Shown in pieces: positions 8,994-17,384 of a DNA stretch of 64,000 nucleotides (the stretch's first letter is position 1; each line of letters begins with the position of its first letter). The position numbers were made by a program, and so were the translations under genes. The DNA comes from a virus (Duplodnaviria > Heunggongvirae > Uroviricota > Caudoviricetes). Below the pieces are notes generated by a model. The model did no database searches and was not told where the DNA came from. It saw only the letters and a program-made list of their open reading frames with translations. Location: IMG/VR virus record IMGVR_UViG_2851955134_000009; one strand, written 5' to 3'.

Positions 8994-9566
8994 TTACATT
9001 TCAGGTTCCGTTATGACAGTCCCAACAGGGTGATAGCGGTAGATCGTTGACAGTCCAATATCATAGATAATTGCCAGCCGCTTTCTGTCATACCCTTTCT
9101 GGAGCAATCTTGCGATCTGCTCATGCTGCTCCTTCGTCAGTTTCGGGCGACGTCCTCCAACTCTCCCTTGTGCTCGCGCAGCAGCCAGTCCTGCCAGCGT
9201 GCGCTCAACTATCAGTTCACGCTCCATTTCTGCCAGTGCACCCATCATATGAAAAAAGAACCTTCCCATCGGAGTGCTGGTATCGATTGAATCCGTCAGA
9301 CTGCGAAAATTGACACCTTTTGCGCGTAGCTCTTCTGTGAGAGCAATGAGGTGTTTCATTCTTCTACCCAACCGATCCAGCTTCCAGACCACCAATGTAT
9401 CCCCTCTTTTAAGGCACTTTAAAGCGCGTTTCAGGCCTGGTCGTTCCGACTTGGTTCCGCTCATTTTGTCCTCAAAAATCTGTTCACATCCTGCGCACAT
9501 TAATGCATTGCGTTGCAAATCTGTGTTTTGGTCATTTGTTGACACACGTATGTAGCCAATCAGCAT
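8994..9566 (-). CDS. serine DNA invertase (Gin/Pin/Hin family)
   Basis: 190 aa from MLIGYIRVSTNDQ...; catalytic-serine N-terminal domain and C-terminal HTH typical of invertases. Start placed at the internal Met because the longer track ORF overlaps the fibre segment. Confidence 0.85.
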   Translation of the reverse strand: MLIGYIRVSTNDQNTDLQRNALMCAGCEQIFEDKMSGTKSERPGLKRALKCLKRGDTLVVWKLDRLGRRMKHLIALTEELRAKGVNFRSLTDSIDTSTPMGRFFFHMMGALAEMERELIVERTLAGLAAARAQGRVGGRRPKLTKEQHEQIARLLQKGYDRKRLAIIYDIGLSTIYRYHPVGTVITEPEM

Positions 9567-9622
9567 TAAAAATACTCCCTTTTGAGTGGTTAAAGTACTG
9601 AGATAATGTGAGGAGGATTTGA

Positions 9623-9648
9623 GAGATAAACGTTGGTTTGGGGGAAGG
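9623..9648. other. invertase crossover site (hix/gix-like), Mu-like cassette, invertase-proximal
   Basis: gagataaacgttggtttgggggaagg; core AAACCAACGTTT is shared with the sites at 11224, 50937 and 52762, and is inverted relative to 11224. Confidence 0.5.
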
Positions 9649-10099
9649 CTCTGCATTGCCTGTTGGTGTACCGGTTCCATGGCCCACCGCCACACCGCCA
9701 GCAGGCTGGTTACAGTGCAACGGAGCTACGTTCACCAAAGAACAATATCCTGTTCTGGCCAGAGTCTACCCGACCCTCCGTCTTCCCGATTTGCGCGGTG
9801 AGTTTATCCGTGGATGGGACGGTGGTCGCAAGGTTGATACCGGGCGTGCGCTACTTTCATTTCAGGAAGGGACTATCGTATCCGGTTTTGATGATAATGA
9901 TACCGGAGATATCAGTTCGCTCGGCTCTACACAATACGGATTTGGTGACGCTTTAACCTCTAATCAACTGGGGGTCATAAATGGCAAAAAGTGGATATTT
10001 GATGCATCCTCTAAAGGTGCACAAAGATATGACTGGTGGGCTTATGTATCAGCTCGCCCCCGCAATATCGCATTTAACTATATCGTGAGGGCGGCGTGA
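9638..10099 (+). CDS. alternative tail-fibre C-terminal (tip) segment, promoterless inverted cassette
   Basis: Begins with GEGSALPVGVPVPWPTATPPAGW, the same junction peptide found inside the fibre gene at 10720-12489; opposite orientation; ends NIAFNYIVRAA. Confidence 0.6.
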   Translation: MGEGSALPVGVPVPWPTATPPAGWLQCNGATFTKEQYPVLARVYPTLRLPDLRGEFIRGWDGGRKVDTGRALLSFQEGTIVSGFDDNDTGDISSLGSTQYGFGDALTSNQLGVINGKKWIFDASSKGAQRYDWWAYVSARPRNIAFNYIVRAA

Positions 10100-10105
10100 T
10101 ACCGT

Positions 10106-10720
10106 TCAGCCGGCAAGCGCCAGTGGCGCTTCCGGCCAGCTGATTTCAGGTGCCTTGCTGATATCCAGTGCGTTCAGCTCGTCGATATAATCCAGCACGG
10201 CGTTCAGTTTTGCCGTTTCTTCTGGTTTCAGACTGCGACCTGCCCGCAGTTTGAGGTTGATGAGGTCGATGGACTTCATCGCCTGATCCACCCGTTCCTG
10301 GCGTTGCAGTCTGGCAACCTCCAGCTCTGCGGCTCGCTGCCGTTCAGTATCGGTTACCCACGCCTCACCGTTCCAGGTATCCCATGGCGTGGCCGGCTGT
10401 TTTGTGGTGGTGTCCGCCGGGTAATCACCCGGCTGGGTAATCTGAACGGGAGTACCGTTCTCCGTGCTGTATACCGTCTCGCCGCGGTGATCAGGCACAT
10501 GTTCCCACCCGTTCAGCGTGGCAGTCCGGCAAACCACGTAACCCGAAATTGCCTCCGGCGGTGCATCGGCGCACGAATGTGCCGGAGTACCCACCCCAAG
10601 GGCGAGATACTCCACAGAGGATGAGGTGTATTCCCGGGTTTCCTCGTCATAGTGATATACAGTGATATCGCCCGCTACAGTGGCGATACCGTTTTCATCC
10701 AGAACTGCAGTGTTACTCAT
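10106..10720 (-). CDS. tail fibre assembly protein (chaperone)
   Basis: 204 aa immediately downstream of the fibre gene; homologous to the 200-aa protein at 51671-52273. Confidence 0.75.
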   Translation of the reverse strand: MSNTAVLDENGIATVAGDITVYHYDEETREYTSSSVEYLALGVGTPAHSCADAPPEAISGYVVCRTATLNGWEHVPDHRGETVYSTENGTPVQITQPGDYPADTTTKQPATPWDTWNGEAWVTDTERQRAAELEVARLQRQERVDQAMKSIDLINLKLRAGRSLKPEETAKLNAVLDYIDELNALDISKAPEISWPEAPLALAG

Positions 10721-12489
10721 TAAACTGCCCTCACAATGTAATTAAGTGCAATGCTACGGGGTCTGACAGTGATACCCTTCGCATACCCGCTTCTGATAGA
10801 GGTCAGAATAGTAGCCTGCATACCATTGTCTGACATTGCCACGACAGGATCGCTGAATGTTGTCCCGTCCGGCATTTTAAAGCTGCCCTCACGAAGGTCT
10901 GTAATGGAATCTTCATTGTTGAATCCCATGCCGACTATCCCCGAGGTTCCCGTAGTGTCCTGGTTATAATAATCCAGCATTGCTGTTCTTAACAGCGTTG
11001 CCCCTTGTGCGGACAGCAACTTACGTCCTGTATCAACTTTGCGCCCGTCGTCCCATCCACGGATAAACTCACCGCGCAAATCGGGAAGACGGAGGGTCGG
11101 GTAGGCTCTGGCCAGAACAGGATATTGTTCTTTTGTAAAGGCGCGCCCGTCGCACTTTAACCAGCCTGCTGGCGGTGTGGCGGTGGGCCACGGAACAGGC
11201 ACACCAACGGGTAGCGCCGAGCCTTCTCCTAAACCAAGGTAATTGAGGACATCTTTTATACTGCCCTTAGCGATAATAGCGCGACCAATAGCTGTAAGGG
11301 TTGCCAGCGCTGCGCGGTCTGCTCCGGTAAAATAAGGCAACCGATCTGCTGCAGTGGCAAGTCCTGCCAGAGCAGTGAGCGTGGCATCTGCCGGTTGTTT
11401 TCCGTTTGCCAGATCGTATGCAGCCTTGACCGCTTTCGGTGTGGCGGCCAGTATTTCAGACGTGCTGTTGATGGCACTGCTCAGTTGTACGGTGCCTTTT
11501 GCCGTCAGCGAGGCCGCAGGCACTCCCGTTATCTGACTCCACGGGTGAGTGTGGCTGGCAGGCGCCTTGCCGGCTGCCAGGTCGTATGCAGCCTTGACCG
11601 CTTTCGGTGTGGCGGCCAGCGTTTCAGACGTGCTGTTGATGGCACTGCTCAGTTGTACGATCCCTTTACGGGTCGTTGTTGCATCCTGGGCTGTGTATTT
11701 TCCCCGGGCCAGATCATACGCGATTTTCACAGCCTTCGGCGTGGCAGCCTCAGTTTCTGATTGACTGTCCGTGGCGCTGCTCAGTTGTACGGTGCCTTTT
11801 GCCGTCAGTGAAGCCGCAGGCACTCCCGTTATCTGACTCCACGGGTGAGTGTGGCTGGCAGGCGCCTTGCCGGCTGCCAGGTCGTATGCAGCCTTGACCG
11901 CTTTCGGTGTGGCGGCCAGCGTTTCAGACGTGCTGTTGATGGCACTGCTCAGTTGTACGATCCCTTTACGGGTCGTTGTTGCATCCTGGGCTGTGTATTT
12001 TCCCCGGGCCAGATCATACGCGATTTTCACAGCCTTCGGCGTGGCAGCCTCAGTTTCTGATTGACTGTCCGTGGCGCTGCTCAGTTGTACGGTGCCTTTT
12101 GCCGTCAGTGAAGCCGCAGGCACTCCCGTTATCTGACTCCACGGGTGAGTGTGGCTGGCAGGCGCCTTGCCGGCTGCCAGGTCGTATGCAGCCTTGACCG
12201 CTTTTGGTGTGGCGGCCAGCGTTTCAGAGGTGCTGTTGGTGGCACTGCTCAGTTGGGTGAACCCCTTAGCTGTCAGTGTCGCGTCCGGGTGGTTACGGGA
12301 ACGTACGTGTTCAGCCAGTGACTGTGCGGCTTCCTCCGTTTTCTTCTTCAGCCATTTCGTCCTGTTTGCCAGTTGCCGGGGGGCTCGATTTGATATCCCG
12401 TCTGCACCACCCAGAACCGGATCTGATGTCTCCAGTTGATAGATATTTTCTTCCCACTTTTCTGTTTCATTCAGGTTTCCCATAATCAA
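10720..12489 (-). CDS. tail fibre protein with internal tandem repeats
   Basis: 589 aa; Ala/Thr-rich repeats of about 100 aa; C-terminal tip segment begins at the crossover junction (LGLGEGSALPVGVPVPWP). Confidence 0.8.
   Translation of the reverse strand: MIMGNLNETEKWEENIYQLETSDPVLGGADGISNRAPRQLANRTKWLKKKTEEAAQSLAEHVRSRNHPDATLTAKGFTQLSSATNSTSETLAATPKAVKAAYDLAAGKAPASHTHPWSQITGVPAASLTAKGTVQLSSATDSQSETEAATPKAVKIAYDLARGKYTAQDATTTRKGIVQLSSAINSTSETLAATPKAVKAAYDLAAGKAPASHTHPWSQITGVPAASLTAKGTVQLSSATDSQSETEAATPKAVKIAYDLARGKYTAQDATTTRKGIVQLSSAINSTSETLAATPKAVKAAYDLAAGKAPASHTHPWSQITGVPAASLTAKGTVQLSSAINSTSEILAATPKAVKAAYDLANGKQPADATLTALAGLATAADRLPYFTGADRAALATLTAIGRAIIAKGSIKDVLNYLGLGEGSALPVGVPVPWPTATPPAGWLKCDGRAFTKEQYPVLARAYPTLRLPDLRGEFIRGWDDGRKVDTGRKLLSAQGATLLRTAMLDYYNQDTTGTSGIVGMGFNNEDSITDLREGSFKMPDGTTFSDPVVAMSDNGMQATILTSIRSGYAKGITVRPRSIALNYIVRAV
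11224..11249. other. invertase crossover site (hix/gix-like) inside the Mu-like fibre gene
   Basis: ttctcctaaaccaaggtaattgagga, at the constant/variable junction of the fibre protein. Confidence 0.5.
11521..12120. repeat. two identical 300-bp tandem copies within the tail-fibre gene (diverged partial copies flank)
   Basis: Sequence from 11521 onward is identical to that from 11821 onward; a third, diverged copy starts at 12121; in frame (100 aa per unit). Confidence 0.8.
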
Positions 12490-13076
12490 CTGCTCCCGTG
12501 GTTATAACTGCCATCATGGATGGCGGTATTGTTATAGCGAATGGCCACAGACTGATACTCCAGGCTGGCCAGATGGCAGCGGGCCGGTGCAAATGCAGCC
12601 AGCGTCTGACGCAGCATCGCGGCCTGATCGTTAGTAATGGGCTGTTTCAGAATAACGCGATAAACTGCCCAGGCGGCTGCATCTCCATGAACAAACAGTC
12701 CGTTATAGCTGCGATTGCCGTCGTAACTGAGACGACCTGTGCCTTCAATCAGATCCACTTCACCAAAGCCAAAACGGCGGATAACTTCCCGGATTGACCA
12801 CGGCGTCCCTTTATACCGGTGCAGTTCGATGGCTGCTTTTATAAGCATGCGGCGAACATCGTCCGATTCCGCCAGCTCCCAGCCATCGCCAGACAGTGAG
12901 AACTGCTCGCCCAGCCATGGCAGCGCGGAACTGTCGACGATATCGACGAGAAAGACCATCAGTACGCTCAGGTCGATGTTATCCAGCCGTCCTGCCAGTC
13001 TTCCCAGCGTCCTGAGACTGATATCACCCTCAAGCGGTGGCGGGAGTTGTAATGGCTCAGTCATCAGACACTCCAC
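12486..13076 (-). CDS. baseplate protein (P2 gpI-like)
   Basis: 196 aa between baseplate J and the tail fibre gene, as in P2-type baseplate modules. Confidence 0.65.
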   Translation of the reverse strand: MECLMTEPLQLPPPLEGDISLRTLGRLAGRLDNIDLSVLMVFLVDIVDSSALPWLGEQFSLSGDGWELAESDDVRRMLIKAAIELHRYKGTPWSIREVIRRFGFGEVDLIEGTGRLSYDGNRSYNGLFVHGDAAAWAVYRVILKQPITNDQAAMLRQTLAAFAPARCHLASLEYQSVAIRYNNTAIHDGSYNHGSS

Positions 13077-14160
13077 TCATGTTAAGAGTGATTGCCGTAC
13101 AGTTTGCCCATTCGTTTTCTGCCACCACCCGCAGTGCCGGTGTCACCAGTTCAACCTGGTACACCCCGGAAACGGACAATGCACTGATAATCTGGCTGGG
13201 GACAATATCACGCCCCAGCGTGGCGGCACGTGATGCCACCCAGTTCTGTATGGCGCTGTTAGCGGCATCTTTTACAGACCTGGCATCCTGATCACGATAG
13301 ATCGTAATCCTGGCTTCAATGGTGTAATCCACCTTCACTGGTGTTTTAGCCCGCACTGTATCAGTGAGTGGCCTGACTTTCTCATCAGAGCAGAAACTCT
13401 CTACCAGCGTGAGAACACCGCCGTCCGGCAGACCGGTACTGAGCAGCGGATACAGATCTACGGTCCCGGGAACCGGGGAAAGCACAGCAACATCGACAAT
13501 GTTGGGATGGGCCTGCATGGCATGAAAGCGGTATGCGCCACGGCTTCCGGCATTGGTGAATGACTCCGGGGCCAGCCTGATACGCTCCCGGAGCCTGTCA
13601 TCGTCTTCCTGTTCTGAACCGCCGGAACTGGCCGTCAGATTGCTCACCAGCAGGTCGACGTTATCAATCTCATCGAGTAACTGACTGACCTGCGCAGGTT
13701 GCCAGCCGTTACCAGCGGTACCGGGTTCGGTACAGGTGGACGTGACATTGACCAGCAGCAATCCGGCCTTCAGTACCACATCTGTATCGGTGGCAAAAAT
13801 AACGCTGTCGGAAGCGCTGACGCGGGTGCCTGCCGGGATCAGCACATCAATGGCCAGTGCCTCATCTACGGAGAACTGGAGCGTGGTGGTGGCAGGCTGC
13901 GCGGCAAGACGGTATACACCGACCAGTTCACCGAGGTAATCAATCATCGGCTCACGGGCAAAGGCGACCAGATTCTGCTTTGCTGCCTCCTGTACCGCAA
14001 CCCTGACCAGCATTTCGCGATAGGCCCACAGATCAATCAGCAGACGTTCTGCCTGTGCCGGGTACAGCGTTTTGCCGGTATCCGCTTCATACTTCGCAAT
14101 CATTTCTGCCGTGATTTTGTCGGCATCGCGTTCAATAAAATCGGGTTCTGTCAGCGCCAT
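13057..14160 (-). CDS. baseplate protein J-like
   Basis: 367 aa, position between gpW-like and gpI-like genes. Confidence 0.75.
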   Translation of the reverse strand: MALTEPDFIERDADKITAEMIAKYEADTGKTLYPAQAERLLIDLWAYREMLVRVAVQEAAKQNLVAFAREPMIDYLGELVGVYRLAAQPATTTLQFSVDEALAIDVLIPAGTRVSASDSVIFATDTDVVLKAGLLLVNVTSTCTEPGTAGNGWQPAQVSQLLDEIDNVDLLVSNLTASSGGSEQEDDDRLRERIRLAPESFTNAGSRGAYRFHAMQAHPNIVDVAVLSPVPGTVDLYPLLSTGLPDGGVLTLVESFCSDEKVRPLTDTVRAKTPVKVDYTIEARITIYRDQDARSVKDAANSAIQNWVASRAATLGRDIVPSQIISALSVSGVYQVELVTPALRVVAENEWANCTAITLNMSGVSDD

Positions 14161-14498
14161 AGCAGCTCCTGAGTCCGGGTCTGTCCGTCTGAGCCTTTCC
14201 AGCTCACCCGGAGCGTAAGATGTTCGCCGTCGACGGCGGGTTTAACTGACATAAGCTGGCAGCGGGGCTCCCAGCGCCGGATGGCATCGACGGATTCGCG
14301 CACCACATGCGGAATGGCCCGGTCTACAGGCCAGTCGATATAAAGATGCAGATTGCTGCCGAACTCCGGGCGATGCGGGTCGCTGCCGCGGGGAGTCCGC
14401 AGGATAATTTGAATCGCCTGCCGGATATCATCCAGCCCCCGGACAATTTCGCCGGGAGCCTGCAGGGCTGGTTGCCAGAATACTGAGGTCGTTTTCAT
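14151..14498 (-). CDS. baseplate wedge protein (gpW/gp25-like)
   Basis: 115 aa, conserved position before J. Confidence 0.7.
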   Translation of the reverse strand: MKTTSVFWQPALQAPGEIVRGLDDIRQAIQIILRTPRGSDPHRPEFGSNLHLYIDWPVDRAIPHVVRESVDAIRRWEPRCQLMSVKPAVDGEHLTLRVSWKGSDGQTRTQELLWR

Positions 14499-14552
14499 GG
14501 GGGCAGTATTGCCCCCGTGCGGGAACGCTGATATTAAAGGCGTTTAAGAAGC

Positions 14553-15149
14553 TCAGTGGGAGTGGTGGCTGGAGTTTTCGCCATCAGACAGCATACTGCC
14601 CGTGGCATGGGCATTCCCTTTAATCTCGATATTGCCATGGATGGTCGCGGTAACACCTTTACCACCAGAACCCGCCATGCCTCCTTCGTAAATCAGCTTT
14701 CCCCTGACACGCAGATCTCCGGTAAGTTCGGTTTCCGGTGCGTCAATCGTGGCTTTCTGTGTTTTCAATACCACATCAGCACCACACTCAATGACAATAT
14801 GCTCAATGCCGCCCCGGATGGTCAGAGTGTGCGTCTTCCGGTTGTAGCTGTACTCTGCACCATCAGCAAACCGGGTTCCCCGGATATTTTTGTCACTGAA
14901 CGGTGGTTTATCGACGTCTGAATACACCGCGCCCAGAATAACACCATCCTCGCCGTTGGCATCGAGCAGCACCTCAACCTGCTCCCCCACGTCAGGGAGC
15001 CAGTAATCTTTGTTATCCTGGGTATTGCGCTGCAGCACGTTAAGCCAGTTTGTGCGCAGGTTATCGCATTCAGGCAGACGAACGCGGGCCTGAACCCTGT
15101 CGGCATCAACGGCACTGACCGTACCGACCTGACGAGTGACACCAGTCAT
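14553..15149 (-). CDS. baseplate assembly/spike protein (gpV-like)
   Basis: 198 aa, position preceding gpW-like gene. Confidence 0.7.
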   Translation of the reverse strand: MTGVTRQVGTVSAVDADRVQARVRLPECDNLRTNWLNVLQRNTQDNKDYWLPDVGEQVEVLLDANGEDGVILGAVYSDVDKPPFSDKNIRGTRFADGAEYSYNRKTHTLTIRGGIEHIVIECGADVVLKTQKATIDAPETELTGDLRVRGKLIYEGGMAGSGGKGVTATIHGNIEIKGNAHATGSMLSDGENSSHHSH

Positions 15150-16300
15150 TTTTTCTTCTCCTTAATCACCGTCGATGTACTGCCATCCGGGTGATAAACC
15201 GTGAGTTTCTGAGTTTTTTGTTTTTTCCCTCTTGTGACTGGCCCCCGTGCCACTTCCAGCTCTGTGGTGTAGCCGCTGTTACGGTCAAACGCATGGCGGG
15301 CAGTGGTTATGAGCCATGGCCCGGATAACTGCCCAAAACCCACCAGTTCAATTTTGTTGCCTGCTGTCAGTTGAGGTGTTCCCGTCAGCGTCAGGGAGCC
15401 GTTCTGCTGGTATTCGTTATGTCTGGCCAGTGCTGAATCCGCTTTAATCCGGGCACTGTCCGGGTCGCTGACGCGGCTGTTAACTTTAAGTGAGTCAGCG
15501 CTGGTAACCTTACCACCTTTGAGCTTTTTGTCGCTTTCACGGGTACCACCATCAGCTTCGTAGACGATCAGTTTTTTACTGCTGCTTTTCTGGTGTTTTA
15601 CCTTTGCAGATTTATAGACCCGGTTGATGGTGTCACGCAGGGAAAAGCGGGCCACATCCTGCGGTTTTAACTGCCTGACCGGCTCCTGACTGCGCAGTGT
15701 GGCCAGATGAGAAAAAATCAGCTGGTCACTGACCACTTTCACTGCATAACCATACTCGCTGGCCAGCCGGCGCAGAAAACCCACGTCGGTTTCAGCATAC
15801 TGGGTCACCCGGTCGATTCTGATGGACTCAATGCTGCCCACCAGTTTCAGTCGGTGCTTTCTGGCAATCCGCCCCGCAACAGCTGCCAGCGTGGTGTTCT
15901 CAAAACCACGACTGGTTTTAGTCCGCAGAGCACTGTTAACCGAGGTGGCCACCCCACGGATAGAAACAACGGAAGCGGGCGAACTCACTTCGATCTCGTC
16001 TATAGAGAACGTACCGCAGGACAGCAGCTTCTCGCCCTGATAGCCCATTTTCAGCGTCAGCGTGTCACCCTTGCCCGGATACCACTTATCCAGCCAGCGG
16101 CCATCGGTGTCGTCCAGCTCCACCTCAATGGTATCGGACTCATTTTTGATGTTATCGCTCCAGGTCACACGGGTGACATAAGGCGCGATATCAGAGGTGA
16201 TGTTTTTCTGCAGATACCACAGAGTGAACACCGGTGTCAGCACATCGCTGACGCTGGTTAACGCTGATGTGACTTGCGCAGTGCTGTTTATCTCAGCCAT
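15146..16300 (-). CDS. tail protein D-like
   Basis: 384 aa following the X-like and U-like genes, as in P2 T-U-D order. Confidence 0.7.
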   Translation of the reverse strand: MAEINSTAQVTSALTSVSDVLTPVFTLWYLQKNITSDIAPYVTRVTWSDNIKNESDTIEVELDDTDGRWLDKWYPGKGDTLTLKMGYQGEKLLSCGTFSIDEIEVSSPASVVSIRGVATSVNSALRTKTSRGFENTTLAAVAGRIARKHRLKLVGSIESIRIDRVTQYAETDVGFLRRLASEYGYAVKVVSDQLIFSHLATLRSQEPVRQLKPQDVARFSLRDTINRVYKSAKVKHQKSSSKKLIVYEADGGTRESDKKLKGGKVTSADSLKVNSRVSDPDSARIKADSALARHNEYQQNGSLTLTGTPQLTAGNKIELVGFGQLSGPWLITTARHAFDRNSGYTTELEVARGPVTRGKKQKTQKLTVYHPDGSTSTVIKEKKK

Positions 16301-16503
16301 GGGGCAATATCCTCTTCTGTACGGGCTTCTTCAGCCTCAATCACCGGGATCAGTAACAACAGCCCGGAGGGCAGCACCGGCGTGATGGCCACGTGCGGAT
16401 TGGCGGCAATAATCCGGGGATAGCCCAGCGGGTCACCGTAGTACTGCCATGCCAGCGAATCCCAGCGCTCTCCGTCACGGGTAACATGTTCAAGAAACAT
16501 CAC
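16288..16503 (-). CDS. tail protein X-like (LysM-like small tail protein)
   Basis: 71 aa between the U-like and D-like genes. Confidence 0.55.
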   Translation of the reverse strand: MMFLEHVTRDGERWDSLAWQYYGDPLGYPRIIAANPHVAITPVLPSGLLLLIPVIEAEEARTEEDIAPWLR

Positions 16504-17384
16504 ACACTCCTCGTCAGTATTCTGGCGGCCATTGCACTTAATCCCGGAGACATGCGGTTGAATGCTGTGCTGGCGGCGTTAAGCTGCCCGGAAACGGTAT
16601 CCAGAGCACCTGCAATATTTCTTTTGTCCACACCACTCAGCGCAGACTGTGCCTGCTGTACATACGTGGCTGCTTCGCTGGCTGTTCTGGCCAGACTGAT
16701 GGCATCGGGCATGGATTCAGAGAGTGCGTTAAACGCCGGAACACTTTTCCCCAGAGCCCCGGAGATATTACCCAGTCCGCTCATCAGCCCCGGCACACGG
16801 GTCAGTGCGACAACGGGGTTATCCTTCATTTTCTGTGTCACCCGAACGGCGCTGATAGTGGTCTGGAGTACAGACTGCGCCTGTTTCGCATAGTTGACGC
16901 CGTTGCGGATGAACTGCGCCACCCCTGAAGGTGAAGGAATGGCACCGGAGACCGCCCCGACACCCGGGAGCTTCGTGCGTATTGCCGGTGGTTGCAGAGG
17001 ATTTTTCGGATCACCGGTGTATTCCCGGAGAGACACGGTGGCACTGACAGCCAGCACGTTACCGGTGCTGTCTGTCTGCTCGCTGGTTGCGGTCACATCG
17101 GTAATCACGAACCAGCCACGATAGTCACCGTTGCCGAAGACCAGCGCCAGTGCCTGATGGGCTTTCATGGTTGTTCGCAGTCTCGCCAGCTCCACATCGG
17201 GTGCACAATAATGCTGATGGAAGACCAGACTTATCTGGATTTCGTCCAGCCTGTCGCCGACGAACTGCAGGCCAGGCTTACCCCCGATGCGGGCATGCTC
17301 CGCATAATCGACGCCGAACGTGGCCTCGAAGCCGTCCCAGTAGGTAATCAGATCAAACTCAATATCACCCAGTACGGCAAACAT
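16500..17384 (-). CDS. tail protein with gpU-like N-terminal domain and Ala/Ser-rich extension
   Basis: N-terminus MFAVLGDIEFDL resembles the P2-like U protein in this window (MMMVLGLYVFML); follows the tape measure gene. Confidence 0.55.
   Translation of the reverse strand: MFAVLGDIEFDLITYWDGFEATFGVDYAEHARIGGKPGLQFVGDRLDEIQISLVFHQHYCAPDVELARLRTTMKAHQALALVFGNGDYRGWFVITDVTATSEQTDSTGNVLAVSATVSLREYTGDPKNPLQPPAIRTKLPGVGAVSGAIPSPSGVAQFIRNGVNYAKQAQSVLQTTISAVRVTQKMKDNPVVALTRVPGLMSGLGNISGALGKSVPAFNALSESMPDAISLARTASEAATYVQQAQSALSGVDKRNIAGALDTVSGQLNAASTAFNRMSPGLSAMAARILTRSV

Noticed and set aside
9567-9695. N-terminal extension of the Mu-like invertase (233-aa ORF)
   Set aside because: The extension overlaps the crossover site and the start of the alternative fibre segment. 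The conserved invertase N-terminus begins at MLIGYIRV and matches the second invertase in the window.
11224-12250. Possible CRISPR array suggested by regularly spaced repeats
   Set aside because: The repeats are 300 bp long, directly tandem without unique spacers, and lie in frame inside a tail fibre gene. They are coding tandem duplications, not a CRISPR array.
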